NCBI GenBank assembly: GCA_964475385.1
Contig: CAYYWV010000001.1
Location: forward strand, 1 to 61,287
Direction of reading: 5' to 3'
DNA from: an uncultured Alphaproteobacteria bacterium
Lineage (GTDB): Bacteria > Pseudomonadota > Alphaproteobacteria > JAAXGF01
DNA: 61,287 bases
Shown here: positions 47,901 to 58,559 of the stretch, in pieces
Layout: the number at the start of each line of letters is the position of its first letter
Position numbering within the stretch: position 1 is the stretch's first letter
The notes under the pieces: generated by a model
The model's database searches: none
What the model was told of the DNA's origin: nothing
The model's input: the letters and a program-made list of their open reading frames with translations, nothing else
Program-made: the position numbers and the translations under genes

Positions 47901-48716
47901 TCAGGGCGCGAGCGTCAGTCCTTCGCGGGCGACGATGGCGCCGGGCGCGATGGTCTCGGCCTCGTCGGCGATGCGGTCGAGCGCCTCGTCGTCCCAGTCG
48001 GGCTCGTGACGGGCGAGCGCCGCGGTCCCGACCCCGGCCTCGCGGGCGAGGCGCAGGGCCGCCCGCCATTCGGCGGTGCCGTCCAGGCCCGCGCCCGCGC
48101 CGAGGATCGCGAGATCGGCTCCGGCGATCAGGTTGCGGACGCCGTTCGCCGTCTCGGCCCCCGCCTCGGGCAGCGCGAAGTCCGAGAGATAACAAACGCT
48201 GCGCCCTTCGGCCTCGATCCTGAAGCCCGAGATTCCGACGCAAGGGTGGACTCGCGCCGTGCGCACAGTGATCCCCGAAGCGGGGGCGAGGGCCGCGCCC
48301 GGGGTGAAGTCCTCGTAGCAGAAGCAGGCGTCGAAGATGGCGACCGGCACCGGAAAGACGGGGTCGTTCATCAGCGCCGCGAGCACCTCGCGGAGCGCGC
48401 GTCCCTCGGCGTCGCGCCCGGCCCAGAGCCGGAAGGCGTTGGCCCCGTCGTAGGCCGGGCTGAAGAAAGGGATGCCCGCGATGCACTCGCGCCCGGTATA
48501 GCTGAGAAACAGCTCGGCCTTGACCGGCGCGGCGGCCGACAGGGCTTCGCCGAGCGGGCGAAGACCGGTTCCGGCGTCGAAAACGAGGCATGAGTCCGCG
48601 ATCCGGACCTCGATGCAGCGGGTGTTGCCGCCGTAGCGCGCCGTCGCCGGGCCGGGGCAGGGGATTCGGCCCCGCACGCCCCAGAACCTCACCTCGAAGC
48701 GTTTCCGTTCGGCCAT
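47901..48716 (-). CDS. MBL-fold (metallo-beta-lactamase superfamily) protein with a degenerate HxHxDH motif
   Basis: VRFWGVRGRIPCPGPATARYGGNTRCIEV and LVFDAGTGLRPLG are typical of the PhnP-like MBL subgroup. The metal motif position reads LFLSYTGRECIAGIPFF. Confidence 0.65.
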   Translation of the reverse strand: MAERKRFEVRFWGVRGRIPCPGPATARYGGNTRCIEVRIADSCLVFDAGTGLRPLGEALSAAAPVKAELFLSYTGRECIAGIPFFSPAYDGANAFRLWAGRDAEGRALREVLAALMNDPVFPVPVAIFDACFCYEDFTPGAALAPASGITVRTARVHPCVGISGFRIEAEGRSVCYLSDFALPEAGAETANGVRNLIAGADLAILGAGAGLDGTAEWRAALRLAREAGVGTAALARHEPDWDDEALDRIADEAETIAPGAIVAREGLTLAP

Positions 48717-48876
48717 CGTCCATTCGCTCGGTGCGAAAGAGTACTGTGCCCCAGCGCCCGCGCGAGCGGAAGCCGAAACTGCGCAGGCTTCGGGGCCGCG
48801 CGTGGGCGCGCGCCGCGCTCGACGGCCCGACGAGCGCGCGCTAGCATCAGGGCCCCCACCGCGCGAGGGAACCGAT

Positions 48877-50931
48877 ATGGCCGCAGAGATCGTCTATTCC
48901 GCTTGTCCGCATGACTGTCCGAGCACCTGCGCGCTCGCCGTCGAGCGCCTGGACGCGCGCCGGATCGGCCGGGTTCGCGGGGCCGCCGAGCAGACCTACA
49001 CCGACGGCGTGATCTGCGCCAAGGTCGCGCGCTACGCCGAGCGCGTCCATCACCCTGACCGGCTGACCACGCCTTTGCGCCGTGTCGGCCCCAAGGGAAG
49101 CGGCGCTTTCGCGCCGATCTCTTGGGACGAGGCGCTGGATACGGTCGCCGAAGCCTTTCGCCGCGCCGCCGACGCGTATGGCCCGGAATCGGTCTGGCCC
49201 TACTATTACGCGGGCACCATGGGGCTCGTGCAGCGCGACGGGATCAACCGGCTGCGCCATGTCATGCGGTACTCGGGCGAGACGACCACCATCTGCACCG
49301 CGCTGGTCGACGCCGGCTGGCTCGCGGGCGTCGGCGCTTTTCGCGGCCCCGACCCGCGCGAGATGGCCGACTCCGACCTTATCGTCATCTGGGGCACCAA
49401 CGCGGCCTCGACCCAGGTCAACGTCATGAACCACGTCTCCAAGGCCCGCAAGACGCGCGGGGCGAAGCTCGTGGTGGTCGATCCCTACCGCAACCGGACC
49501 GCGGCGGTCGCCGACATGCACCTCGCGCTTCGCCCGGCCACCGACGGCGCGCTCGCTTGCGCGGTCATGCACGTGCTCTTCGCCGAAGGCTACGCCGACC
49601 GCGACTACATGGCCCGCTACGCCGACTGCCCGGACCGGCTGGAGGCTCATCTCGCGACCCGGACCCCGGCCTGGGCGGCCGGGATCACGGGGCTTTCCGA
49701 GGACGAGATCGTGGCCTTCGCCCGGCTCTACGGCGCGACGAAGCGGAGCTACATCCGGGTCGGCTATGGGTTCTCGCGGGTCCGCAACGGCGCCGCCAAC
49801 GTTCACGCGGTCACTTGCCTGCCGACGGTGACCGGCGCCTGGCGCCATAAAGGCGGCGGCGCGTTCTATAACAACAAGGGCATCTACGGCTGGGACAAGA
49901 CGCTGATCGAAGGGCTGGACGCGCGCGATCCTGCGGTGCGCTCCCTCGACCAGTCGCGGATCGGTCCGGTGCTCATGGGCGATCCGGCCGACATCGGCGA
50001 CGGGCCGCCGGTCAAAGCGATGCTGATCCAGAACACCAATCCGATGGCGGTCGCGCCCGAGCACGCCCGCGTTCGCGAGGGCTTCGCCCGCGAGGATCTG
50101 TTCGTCTGCGTCCACGAGCAGTTCATGACCGAGACCGCGCGGATGGCGGATGTGGTTCTGCCGGCGACCACCTTCCTCGAGCACGACGACGTCTATCAGG
50201 CGGGCGGCAATCAGCACATCATCCTCGGCCCCCGCGTGATCGAACCTTTGCCCGAGGCGCGCTCGAACCACGAGGTGATCTCTGCGCTCGCGGCCCGGCT
50301 CGGCGCTCGGCATCGGGGGTTCGAGATGACCGCGCTCGAGATCATCGACGAGACGCTGCGCGCGTCGGGCAAGCCGGGGGTCGAGGAGCTGCGGCGCTTG
50401 CGTTGGATCGACTGCCAGCCCGACTTCGAGACCGCGCATTTCATCAACGGCTTCGGCGCGCCCGACGGCCGTTTCCGCTTCGCCCCCGACTGGGCGAGCT
50501 TGGGGGCCGATCACGCGGCGATGCCGCCGCTTCCCGACCACCTCGCAGTGATCGAGGAGAGCGACGCCGAGCACCCCTTCCGGCTGGTCACCCCGCCCGC
50601 GCACGACTTCCTGAACACCACCTTCACCGAGACCCCGACCTCGCGGGCGCGGCTGGGCCGTCCGCGCGCGCTGGTCCACCCCGAAGACCTCGACGCCGCG
50701 GGCGTTGCGGACGGCGCGCGTCTGCGCGTCGGCAATCGGCGCGGCGACATCGTGGTCGAGGCGCGCGCCTTCGACGGCCTTCAGCGCGGCGTCGTGGTGA
50801 TCGAGAGCATCTGGCCCAACGAGGCCTTCGAGGAAGGCGCGGGCGTCAACCTCTTGATCGGGGCCGACGCCGCGCCGCCGCGCGGCGGGGCCGCCTTTCA
50901 CGACACCGCCGTCTGGCTGCGTCCGGCCTGA
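48877..50931 (+). CDS. Molybdopterin (bis-MGD) oxidoreductase family protein
   Basis: N-terminal Cys cluster CPHDCPSTCA...C. Mo-oxidoreductase body (IVIWGTNAASTQ, LVVVDPYRN). C-terminal molybdopterin-binding barrel (FRLVTPPAHDFLNTTF ... VHPEDL). Substrate unknown. Confidence 0.8.
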   Translation: MAAEIVYSACPHDCPSTCALAVERLDARRIGRVRGAAEQTYTDGVICAKVARYAERVHHPDRLTTPLRRVGPKGSGAFAPISWDEALDTVAEAFRRAADAYGPESVWPYYYAGTMGLVQRDGINRLRHVMRYSGETTTICTALVDAGWLAGVGAFRGPDPREMADSDLIVIWGTNAASTQVNVMNHVSKARKTRGAKLVVVDPYRNRTAAVADMHLALRPATDGALACAVMHVLFAEGYADRDYMARYADCPDRLEAHLATRTPAWAAGITGLSEDEIVAFARLYGATKRSYIRVGYGFSRVRNGAANVHAVTCLPTVTGAWRHKGGGAFYNNKGIYGWDKTLIEGLDARDPAVRSLDQSRIGPVLMGDPADIGDGPPVKAMLIQNTNPMAVAPEHARVREGFAREDLFVCVHEQFMTETARMADVVLPATTFLEHDDVYQAGGNQHIILGPRVIEPLPEARSNHEVISALAARLGARHRGFEMTALEIIDETLRASGKPGVEELRRLRWIDCQPDFETAHFINGFGAPDGRFRFAPDWASLGADHAAMPPLPDHLAVIEESDAEHPFRLVTPPAHDFLNTTFTETPTSRARLGRPRALVHPEDLDAAGVADGARLRVGNRRGDIVVEARAFDGLQRGVVVIESIWPNEAFEEGAGVNLLIGADAAPPRGGAAFHDTAVWLRPA

Positions 50932-50985
50932 ACGGTCGGCCGGCCCGCAGTCGGGTCGGTTCGGGGTGAGAGGGGAAAAGCCGCG

Positions 50986-51921
50986 ATGACCGAGCCCGCG
51001 CCGCCGCCCGCGCCCGAGCCCGCGCCCGAGTTCGCGCCCGCGCGCGCCGAACGGATTCGGGCCAACGCCTGTCTTTTCGCGACCTCCGTGATCTGGGGCT
51101 CGTTCTTTCCCTTGCTCGACAGGCTGCTCATGGGCTGGGACTCGCTAAGCCTCGCCGCCGCCCGCCTCTGGATCGCCGCGCTCGGGCTGATGGTCGTGCT
51201 CGTGCTGCGCGAGGGCTGGCGCGCGCTCGCCGGGCCTTTGCCGTGGCGGCGCATCTGGCTCGCCGGGGGCTGCGGGCTCGCCGGATTCACGTTGTTCATC
51301 ACTATCGGCGTCAACGCCTCGGGCCCGGTGCCGGCGGCCGTGATCTCGACCGCGAGCCCGGTGATCGCCATGCTCATGGCCTGGGCGCTCGGGCGGATGC
51401 GTCTCAAGCGACAGACCCTGGTCGGGGTCGGCTTCGCGGTCGGCGGCGGCCTGCTCGTGGTCTTCGATCCCGAGGGCGCAAGCGGGTTTCGCGGCGGCGA
51501 GATCTTCGTGCTCATCGCGGCCGTCGCCTGGGTCTGGCAGTCGCTGATGTCGCAGGTCTGGCTCGCCGAGTTCTCGCGACTGCGCGTCGCCGCCCTTCTG
51601 GCGACGACCGGCGCGACGGCGCTGACGGCGGCTGCGCTCGCCGCCGCGTTCGCCGGCTTTACGACCCCGGCGGCCGATCTTTCGCCCGGCGCGCTCGCCA
51701 TCCTGGCCTATCTCGGCCTGGTTGGGGCCGGGCTCGGAAACTTCCTCTGGTACTTCGGGGTCGGGCGGCTCGGCGTGACGGTGGCCAGCATGTACAACAA
51801 CCTGATCCCGGTCTTCGCCGTTCTGGTCGCGCTCGCTCTCGGCACCGTGGCGACCTGGTATCAGCTTGCGGGCGGCGTTCTGGTCCTTATCGGCGTCGCC
51901 TGGGCGCAGCGACGCGGTTGA
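50986..51921 (+). CDS. DMT-superfamily (EamA-type) transporter
   Basis: Ten predicted TM helices arranged as two EamA repeats. Confidence 0.7.
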   Translation: MTEPAPPPAPEPAPEFAPARAERIRANACLFATSVIWGSFFPLLDRLLMGWDSLSLAAARLWIAALGLMVVLVLREGWRALAGPLPWRRIWLAGGCGLAGFTLFITIGVNASGPVPAAVISTASPVIAMLMAWALGRMRLKRQTLVGVGFAVGGGLLVVFDPEGASGFRGGEIFVLIAAVAWVWQSLMSQVWLAEFSRLRVAALLATTGATALTAAALAAAFAGFTTPAADLSPGALAILAYLGLVGAGLGNFLWYFGVGRLGVTVASMYNNLIPVFAVLVALALGTVATWYQLAGGVLVLIGVAWAQRRG

Positions 51922-51936
51922 ACGGCCGGCGCGGTT

Positions 51937-52551
51937 TCAGGCGCGGGCGGCGGGGGCGCGCGCGGTCGCGGTCTCGAACCGAAAGGCGCGAATCCCAACC
52001 GGCCACTCGTCCGGGTCGAGGCCGGCCTTGATCTTGAGCTGGGCGACGAACGCGCGCGGATCGGGCAGCGTCTTCCACACCGCGGGCAGGAACAGCCCCT
52101 GGCGATCGGCGCACTTCAGGATAAGGCCATCGACGCCGGGGCGGAGGGCGGCGATCAGCGCGTCTTCGTCCGCTGCGGCGATGGGCTCGGGCGGGCCGAG
52201 GACCGAGACCTCGATCGCAAGGCGGTCGAACTCGGATCGATCGAGCGGCGGAAACCGCGGATCTTCGAACGCGGCCGCGAAGGCGTTCTCGGCCACGTCC
52301 ACGACCAACGGCAGCCGGGCCTGCGCCTTGCCGATGCAGCCGCGCAGGCGGTCTTCGTTCTTGAGGGTGACGAAGCTCGCCATCTGCTTTCGCAGGTTTT
52401 CCGGGTAGGTCGACTCCTCGACCGCGAGTGGCTCGTGCGCGGCGAGGCCGTGGGCGATCGAATCGCGGGCGATTGCGGTCAGAACATGCCCGTAGCGCTC
52501 GGCGATCTCGATCGGCGCGAGCTTCCGTTCAGGCAAAGGCCCAAGCCCCAT
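51937..52551 (-). CDS. AmmeMemoRadiSam system protein A (AMMECR1 domain)
   Basis: FVTLKNEDRLRGCIG, AAFEDPRFPPL, GLILKCADRQGLFLPAVW. The ATG at 52551 overlaps the upstream gene by 23 nt. Confidence 0.8.
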   Translation of the reverse strand: MGLGPLPERKLAPIEIAERYGHVLTAIARDSIAHGLAAHEPLAVEESTYPENLRKQMASFVTLKNEDRLRGCIGKAQARLPLVVDVAENAFAAAFEDPRFPPLDRSEFDRLAIEVSVLGPPEPIAAADEDALIAALRPGVDGLILKCADRQGLFLPAVWKTLPDPRAFVAQLKIKAGLDPDEWPVGIRAFRFETATARAPAARA

Positions 52552-53311
52552 AGCCAACCACTTGGTCGCGCGGACCCGCCGTGTCGCCCGAGTTGCGGAG
52601 ATCGAGCGTGGCCGCGGCGAGCCCCCGGGCGCGGGCGCGCTCCAAAAGCCCTTGGATGGCGCGATAGCCGCAGGCCTGCTCAGGCCCGAGACGGTCGCCT
52701 TCGAGCGCCTCGATAGCGCGCGCCGTCGCGGCGTCGATCCGCCGCGCGGTCTCATAGTCGAGATAGTGGCTGAGGTCCGAGCTGATGACGATCAGGGTCT
52801 CGTCGTCGTCGAGGGCCGCGATCACGGCCGCCACCTCCGACGGCCGCGCCGCGCTGACCAGAAGCGGGACGATCGCAAACCGCCCGAACAGGCATTGCAG
52901 GAAGGGGAGATGGACCTCGATGCAGTGCTCGAGCCGGTGCGGCGAATCGCTCACCACCACGGCGTCCTCTGCGACGAGCCGGTCGATCGCCTTGCGGTCG
53001 AGCGGCACCGCGCCGAGCGGCGTTGCGAAGCCGTCCACGCTGGGGGCGGCGATGCCATAGAAGGCTTCGCGATGGGCCGGTCCGATCAGAACTACCCGTC
53101 GGATATCGTCGCTCAAGCCCTCGATCGTCCGATAGGCCGAGGCCGCGACCGGCCCCGAGTAGACATAGCCCGCATGGGGCGCGATCAGCGCGCGCGGGCG
53201 CGCGTCGAGGGCCTTCGCCTCGGCGAGATAGCCTTCCACCGCGGATTGGAGAGCCGCCGCATCTTCGGGGTAGAACAACCCGGCGACGGCGGCCGGTCGC
53301 AGGGTGGTCAT
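52529..53311 (-). CDS. AmmeMemoRadiSam system protein B (Memo-like)
   Basis: MTTLRPAAVAGLFYP, IAPHAGYVYSG, LIGPAH, EHCIEVHLPFLQ, VISSDLSHY. The ATG at 53311 was verified in the DNA. Confidence 0.85.
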   Translation of the reverse strand: MTTLRPAAVAGLFYPEDAAALQSAVEGYLAEAKALDARPRALIAPHAGYVYSGPVAASAYRTIEGLSDDIRRVVLIGPAHREAFYGIAAPSVDGFATPLGAVPLDRKAIDRLVAEDAVVVSDSPHRLEHCIEVHLPFLQCLFGRFAIVPLLVSAARPSEVAAVIAALDDDETLIVISSDLSHYLDYETARRIDAATARAIEALEGDRLGPEQACGYRAIQGLLERARARGLAAATLDLRNSGDTAGPRDQVVGYGAWAFA

Positions 53312-53449
53312 GGCCTCGTTGCGTCGTTGCAAGTCTTGACGCCTTTAACTTGGGTTTTCGAAGCGGCGGTTTAAAGAGCGCGGCGCTTCGGCCGAAGAGC
53401 GTTGAAGGGGTCTGCGACGGACCCCAAATGGTTGATGGAAAGCATCGCC

Positions 53450-54601
53450 ATGATGACGGTCTCGCGCAAAAAGCAGGAACGCATTCCGAACGACGGCGCC
53501 GTCGTGGCCGCGCGTTATTGGCGGCGGCTCGACGACGGGCGCATTCAGTGCGATCTCTGCCCGCGCTACTGCAAGCTGCGCGATGGCCAACGCGGGCTCT
53601 GTTTCGTTCGCGCCCGCGACGGCGACCGGCTGGTGCTCACCACCTACGGTCGGTCGAGCGGGTTCTGCGTCGATCCCATCGAGAAGAAGCCGCTCAACCA
53701 TTTTCTGCCCGGCACGCCGGTGTTGTCCTTCGGCACCGCGGGCTGCAACCTCGCTTGCCGGTTCTGCCAGAACTGGGACATCAGCAAGTCGCGCGAGATC
53801 GACACCCTCGCCGATGAGGCCGCGCCCGAGACCATCGCCCGGGCGGCGCGCGCGCTCGATTGCCGGAGCGTCGCCTTCACCTACAACGATCCGGTCATCT
53901 TCCACGAGTACGCCATCGACGTGGCCGAGGCCTGCCATGCGGTCGGCATCAAGACCGTGGCGGTGAGCGCGGGCTATGTCTGCGCCGAGCCGCGGGCCGA
54001 GTTCTACCGCCACATCGACGCCGCGAACATCGACCTCAAAGCGTTCACCGAGCGCTTTTACAAGACGCTGTGCGGGGGCTCGCTCGGCGCGGTTCTGGAC
54101 ACGCTTCTCTACATTCGCCACGAAACCCGGACCTGGCTCGAGATCACCACGCTTTTGATCCCCGGCGAGAACGATTCGGAGGCCGAGATCGAGGCGCTCG
54201 CGGGCTGGATCGCGGACCGGCTCGGCGTCGACGTGCCTTTGCATTTCACCGCCTTTCACCCCGACTGGCGGATGCGCGACCATCGCCCGACGCCGCCCGA
54301 GACCCTGGTCCGCGCCCGCCGGATCGCGATGGAGCGGGGGCTTCGTTACGTTTACACGGGCAACGTCCACGACCGCGAAGGCGGGAGCACCTACTGCCAC
54401 GGCTGCGGCGCGCGGCTGATCGGGCGCGACTGGTATGTGCTGACCGACTGGGCGCTCGCGGCGGACGGCCGCTGCGCGTCCTGCGGGACGCCCCTTGCAG
54501 GCGTTTTCGAGCCCCGCCCCGGCGACTGGGGGCCGCGGCGGTTGCCGGTCCGACTCGCCGATTTCGCGAAGCGCGGCGCGGCGCGCTTTGCCAATTGTTA
54601 A
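53450..54601 (+). CDS. AmmeMemoRadiSam system radical SAM enzyme
   Basis: CxxxCxxC in GCNLACRFCQNWDIS. N-terminal CDLCPRYC...C cluster. C-terminal CHGCG...CASCG ribbon. Divergent from the Memo/AMMECR1 pair. Start is one of ATG 53435, 53450 or 53453 (the track start at 53402 is TTG). Confidence 0.85.
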   Translation: MMTVSRKKQERIPNDGAVVAARYWRRLDDGRIQCDLCPRYCKLRDGQRGLCFVRARDGDRLVLTTYGRSSGFCVDPIEKKPLNHFLPGTPVLSFGTAGCNLACRFCQNWDISKSREIDTLADEAAPETIARAARALDCRSVAFTYNDPVIFHEYAIDVAEACHAVGIKTVAVSAGYVCAEPRAEFYRHIDAANIDLKAFTERFYKTLCGGSLGAVLDTLLYIRHETRTWLEITTLLIPGENDSEAEIEALAGWIADRLGVDVPLHFTAFHPDWRMRDHRPTPPETLVRARRIAMERGLRYVYTGNVHDREGGSTYCHGCGARLIGRDWYVLTDWALAADGRCASCGTPLAGVFEPRPGDWGPRRLPVRLADFAKRGAARFANC

Positions 54602-54660
54602 TCGTATCTTCCTACCGTTCTGCGATCGACCGGGTGTAGAGCGATCGCAGGAATCCAGCA

Positions 54661-57600
54661 GTGCCTATCAGGCACGTTATTTTGCTCATTGTCGGGGTGC
54701 TTGTCGCGCTGTTGACCGCGATGAGCGGCGTCATGGCGTTCAAGGCCTGGCGGTATTGGACCGCGGCCCAAGAGCAACAGATCGCCAATGCGTACTCGGC
54801 CAAATTGCTCGACGCGGCAGAGCAGCTCGCGGTCGAACGAGGGCTTACCTATGTCGCCCTCGAAGGCCCGGGTCCGATCGCCGGCGACGCACGGCGCGCG
54901 CTCGATGAGGCGCGCGGCGCGGTTGATCGAACATGGAAGCAGGTGCTTGCGGTTCGGACCCGCGCGATTCGCATCCTGGGCAACGAACACGACGCGATCG
55001 GTTCGCTCGAGGCGCGGCTCGCAGAGGCTCGCCAAGCGGCCGATCGGATGCTCGCCAATCCGCAAAGCGAACGGATGCCGAAGGCGTCTGCGCATTGGTT
55101 CTCGATCGTGACCGGGATCATCGACGAGATCTCGGATCGATACGCCGTCTTGCGGACCGCGATCGGCGAAGGCCAGGCGGATGAAAACCTGAAACGGAGC
55201 CTTCGCCTTCAAGATTTCGCTTGGCGGGCAAGCGAGCTTGCGGGGCGTGAGCGCGCGCTTATCGCCGGCGCCATCGCCGCGCGCGCGCGTCCAGAGCCGG
55301 CGTTGGTCGAAAAGATTGCGCATCTGAACAGCCAGCTCGAGCTGATTTGGGAGCTCATCGACGAGCTTGCGCCCCAACCGGCAGGGAACGCGCGCGCCGG
55401 CGCCGAAGGTGATCTTGGCTCTCTGGTGGCCGCGGCCCGGAGCATGTTTTCCGGCGACTTTGAAAGCGCCCGCAGTCTGGCCGAGCGCAGTCTTCGAGCC
55501 GGTCGCGAGGTTCCGTTGAGCGCAGTGCATTGGTGGACCGTGGCGACGACGGCGATCGACCGCTTGCGCGACGTTCAGCAGGCCGTGAGTCAGCGCATCG
55601 ACCGCTTCCTTGCGGCGGAGGCGCAGGCGTCGAAGGCCAGCCTGCTCGGCGTTTCGCTTCAGCTTGCCCTCGTGCTCGTGATCGGGGCGTTCTCGCTTGT
55701 CTTCGTCAATCGACGCATCGGCCGACCCTTGGAAGAGCTCAGCCGGGCGATGGAGCGCTACGTCAAGGGCGATCGGGCCGTTACCGTGCCCCAGTTCGGA
55801 CGAAACGACGAGTTCGGCACGCTCAGCAAGACCTTCGAGGCCTTGATAGAGGCCCAGCGCCGCTGGCGGAGCAGGCTCGAAGAGCTTGTCGAGACGCGGA
55901 CCGAAGAGATCAGAGAACGCGAACGCGCCTTGCGCGAAAGCGAGACCCAGCTCCGCTTGATCACCGACAATCTGCCCGGCCTCGTTTCCTATATCGACCG
56001 GGATCGCCGCTACCGTTTCGTCAACAGGGTCTACGAGACGTGGTACGGCATTCCGCGAGGGCAGATCGTCGGCATGCGCGTCGCGGATCTTGTCGGCGAA
56101 AGCAACTACCAGGCGATTCGCTCGAAGATCGACCGGGCTTTTTCGGGCAAAACGGTGCGCTACGCGGTCCGATTCCGCTTCAGGGACGGCCAGGAGCGCG
56201 ACCTCGACGTCACCTATGTTCCGCACTTCGGGGACGACTGCGAGATTCAGGGGCTATTTTTCCTGATCACCGACATCACCGAGTACAAACGGATCGAAGA
56301 GGCCCTTCGGGCTTCGGAAAGCCGGCTCTCCGGCATTCTCGAAAACGCTCAGGACGCCATCATCTCGGTCGACGAGCGCGCCCAGATCACGCTGTTCAAT
56401 CGCGGCGCCGAGAAGATCTTTGGCTATGACGCGCGCGAGGTCTTGGGAAAGCCGCTCGACATCCTTCTCCCGCCCCGGTTCCACGAGCGCCATCGCCAAC
56501 ATCTCGAAGCGTTCGTTAAGGGGGAAAGAACCGCCCAGTCGATGGGCGAGCAATCTCCGATCACCGGACGCCGCAAGGACGGCTCCGAGTTCCCCGCCGA
56601 AGCCTCGATCTCGAAGCTCGTGCTTGCCGGAGAGACGGTCATGACCGTCATGCTGCGCGACATTACGAAGCGCCTCGAAGCCTATGCGGAAGCGAAGGTC
56701 CGCGCCTGCCAGCAGGAGGTGGTGGGAACCCTGGGCCAGCAGGCGCTTGTCGCCAATGGGTTTTCGACGCTTCTCGACCATACCGTCCGCGAGGTCGCCG
56801 AGACCCTCGAAGCCGAGTTCTGCGAGGTCTTCGAGCTTCTGCCCGACGGCGGAACGCTGCTGCTGCGCGCCGGCGTCGGTTGGGACGATGCGCTCGTCGG
56901 TCACGCGACGACGGAGATCGGCGTCGACGCCGAAGGCAAGTTCAGCCTTTTGTCCGCCGCCTCGGTCATCATCGAGAACCTGGAGACCGAGACGCGGTTC
57001 GTCGTTCCGCCGCTGCTCCGCGACCATGGCGTGGTCAGCGTGATGAGTGTGGTGATCCAGGGCGACGAGCGCCCGTTCGGCATTCTCGGGGTTCATACGA
57101 CGAAGCCCAGGCGGTTCACCGAGGCCGACATGCATTTCCTGCAGGCGGTGGGGAACGTGCTGAGCGTGGCCTACGCCCGCGCCGAGGCCGAGAAGGAGCG
57201 CGAGAGCCTGATCGAGCAGTTCCACCAGGCCCAGAAGATGGAGGCCGTGGGCACGCTGGCCGGCGGCCTCGCCCACGACTTCAACAACATCCTCGGCATC
57301 ATCATCGGTTACGTGGATCTCGCGCTGATGGATCTCGGAGAGGACCATCCCGCGCACGCGAGCCTTTCCGAGACCCTCAAGGCGAGCCTGCGGGCGAAGG
57401 AGCTGGTCGAGAAGCTCCTGACCTTCAGCCGTCAAAACGAGAAAGAAATCGGTCCGGTGCGAATCGACCGCGTCGTCAAGGAGACGGTCGAGATGCTGCG
57501 CGCCACCCTGCCGCCGCGGATCAAGATCCGCGAGACCATCCGGTCCGACGATCCGTTGGTGCTCGGCGATCCCACCCAGATCCAGCAAGTGCTTCTCAAC

Positions 57601-58095
57601 CTCTGCTTCAACGCGGGCCACGCGATCGGCGACGAGCCGGGCGTTCTGGAAATCGTGGTCGAAGAAGTCGAGATCGATGGCGGCTGCGCAGAGGGCCTGT
57701 CGGCGACCGTGCATCAGCGAGCCGAAAAGGTGTTTCGGATTCTCCCTTCGGAAGACGAGCGCGGATGGCGGCTGTGGGCGGGTTTGCTCGAACCCGGGCC
57801 GCATGTGAAGCTGGCGGTGAAGGATACCGGTTGCGGCATGGACGGCGCTACGCTGAACCGGATCTTCGAGCCCTTCTTTACGACCAAGGGCGTGGGCGAG
57901 GGCACCGGGCTCGGCATGGCCACCGTCCATGGCGCCGTGATCGGGCACGGCGGCGCGATCATGATCGAGACCACGCCGGGCGAAGGCACGGTCTTTCAGG
58001 TCTTCTTCCCCCGCGCCGAGGCCTGTCGGATCGAAGCCGATGCGCCGTGCCGGATCGCCGATTTTCCAGACAAACTGGCGATAGGAGCGGGATAG
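54661..58095 (+). CDS. Large membrane sensor histidine kinase: NIT-like helical periplasmic domain, HAMP, two PAS, GAF, HisKA, HATPase
   Basis: GTG start. TM1, then a roughly 300-aa helical domain containing [12 protein letters not shown] and [11 protein letters not shown], then TM2 and HAMP. PAS segments ([27 protein letters not shown]). A GAF-like region. H-box [14 protein letters not shown]-boxes DTGCGMD and GTGLGMA. Confidence 0.8.
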   Translation: MPIRHVILLIVGVLVALLTAMSGVMAFKAWRYWTAAQEQQIANAYSAKLLDAAEQLAVERGLTYVALEGPGPIAGDARRALDEARGAVDRTWKQVLAVRTRAIRILGNEHDAIGSLEARLAEARQAADRMLANPQSERMPKASAHWFSIVTGIIDEISDRYAVLRTAIGEGQADENLKRSLRLQDFAWRASELAGRERALIAGAIAARARPEPALVEKIAHLNSQLELIWELIDELAPQPAGNARAGAEGDLGSLVAAARSMFSGDFESARSLAERSLRAGREVPLSAVHWWTVATTAIDRLRDVQQAVSQRIDRFLAAEAQASKASLLGVSLQLALVLVIGAFSLVFVNRRIGRPLEELSRAMERYVKGDRAVTVPQFGRNDEFGTLSKTFEALIEAQRRWRSRLEELVETRTEEIRERERALRESETQLRLITDNLPGLVSYIDRDRRYRFVNRVYETWYGIPRGQIVGMRVADLVGESNYQAIRSKIDRAFSGKTVRYAVRFRFRDGQERDLDVTYVPHFGDDCEIQGLFFLITDITEYKRIEEALRASESRLSGILENAQDAIISVDERAQITLFNRGAEKIFGYDAREVLGKPLDILLPPRFHERHRQHLEAFVKGERTAQSMGEQSPITGRRKDGSEFPAEASISKLVLAGETVMTVMLRDITKRLEAYAEAKVRACQQEVVGTLGQQALVANGFSTLLDHTVREVAETLEAEFCEVFELLPDGGTLLLRAGVGWDDALVGHATTEIGVDAEGKFSLLSAASVIIENLETETRFVVPPLLRDHGVVSVMSVVIQGDERPFGILGVHTTKPRRFTEADMHFLQAVGNVLSVAYARAEAEKERESLIEQFHQAQKMEAVGTLAGGLAHDFNNILGIIIGYVDLALMDLGEDHPAHASLSETLKASLRAKELVEKLLTFSRQNEKEIGPVRIDRVVKETVEMLRATLPPRIKIRETIRSDDPLVLGDPTQIQQVLLNLCFNAGHAIGDEPGVLEIVVEEVEIDGGCAEGLSATVHQRAEKVFRILPSEDERGWRLWAGLLEPGPHVKLAVKDTGCGMDGATLNRIFEPFFTTKGVGEGTGLGMATVHGAVIGHGGAIMIETTPGEGTVFQVFFPRAEACRIEADAPCRIADFPDKLAIGAG

Positions 58096-58151
58096 CGGGA
58101 GACGGTCGCTCGGGCGTCCGGCTCCGTTCAAGGCAAAAGGAGAAACCGCCG

Positions 58152-58532
58152 ATGGCATCTATTTTGGTGATCGACGACGAACCGCAAATGCGCAGCATGC
58201 TCCGCCTGGTTCTGGAGCGGGCGGGCCACCGCGTCTACGACGCGCCGAACGGTCACGCCGGCGCGGTCGTCTTTCGTCAGAACCGGATCGATCTCACGAT
58301 CACCGACATCCTCATGCCCGAGCGGGAAGGCATCGAGACCATCTCGGAGCTGAAACGGATCACGCCCAAGGCCAAGATCATCGCCATCTCCGGAGGCGGG
58401 CGGACCAAGAATCTCGATTTTCTCAAGGTCGCGAGAAAGATCGGCGCCGATCGCACCCTCGCCAAACCCTTCCGCCCCCAGGAGCTCGTCGACACGGTCG
58501 ACGATTTGCTCGGGGCGGGCGGTGAAAACTGA
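58152..58532 (+). CDS. Single-domain (CheY-like) response regulator
   Basis: ILVIDDEP, the phospho-Asp in LTITDILMPE, IAISGGG, LAKPF. AAGGAG lies 9 nt upstream of the ATG. Only the 3' end of track ORF 56880..58532 is real. Confidence 0.85.
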   Translation: MASILVIDDEPQMRSMLRLVLERAGHRVYDAPNGHAGAVVFRQNRIDLTITDILMPEREGIETISELKRITPKAKIIAISGGGRTKNLDFLKVARKIGADRTLAKPFRPQELVDTVDDLLGAGGEN

Positions 58533-58559
58533 GATGAATTTCAGGGCTGGCCAGAACCG

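Noticed and set aside
45633-58158. Other long minus-strand ORFs: 45633..47837, 48847..50901, 54598..56226 and 56254..58158
   Set aside because: Each is antisense to a well-supported gene (GT4/AsnB, Mo-oxidoreductase, sensor kinase) and shows shadow-ORF composition.
54661-58532. The sensor kinase and receiver pair considered as PrsK/PrsR, the PEP-CTERM regulators
   Set aside because: The receiver has no AAA+ sigma-54 activation or DNA-binding domain. The kinase has a two-TM periplasmic-sensor topology rather than the multi-TM PrsK type. The pair also lies 30 kb from the PEP-CTERM genes.
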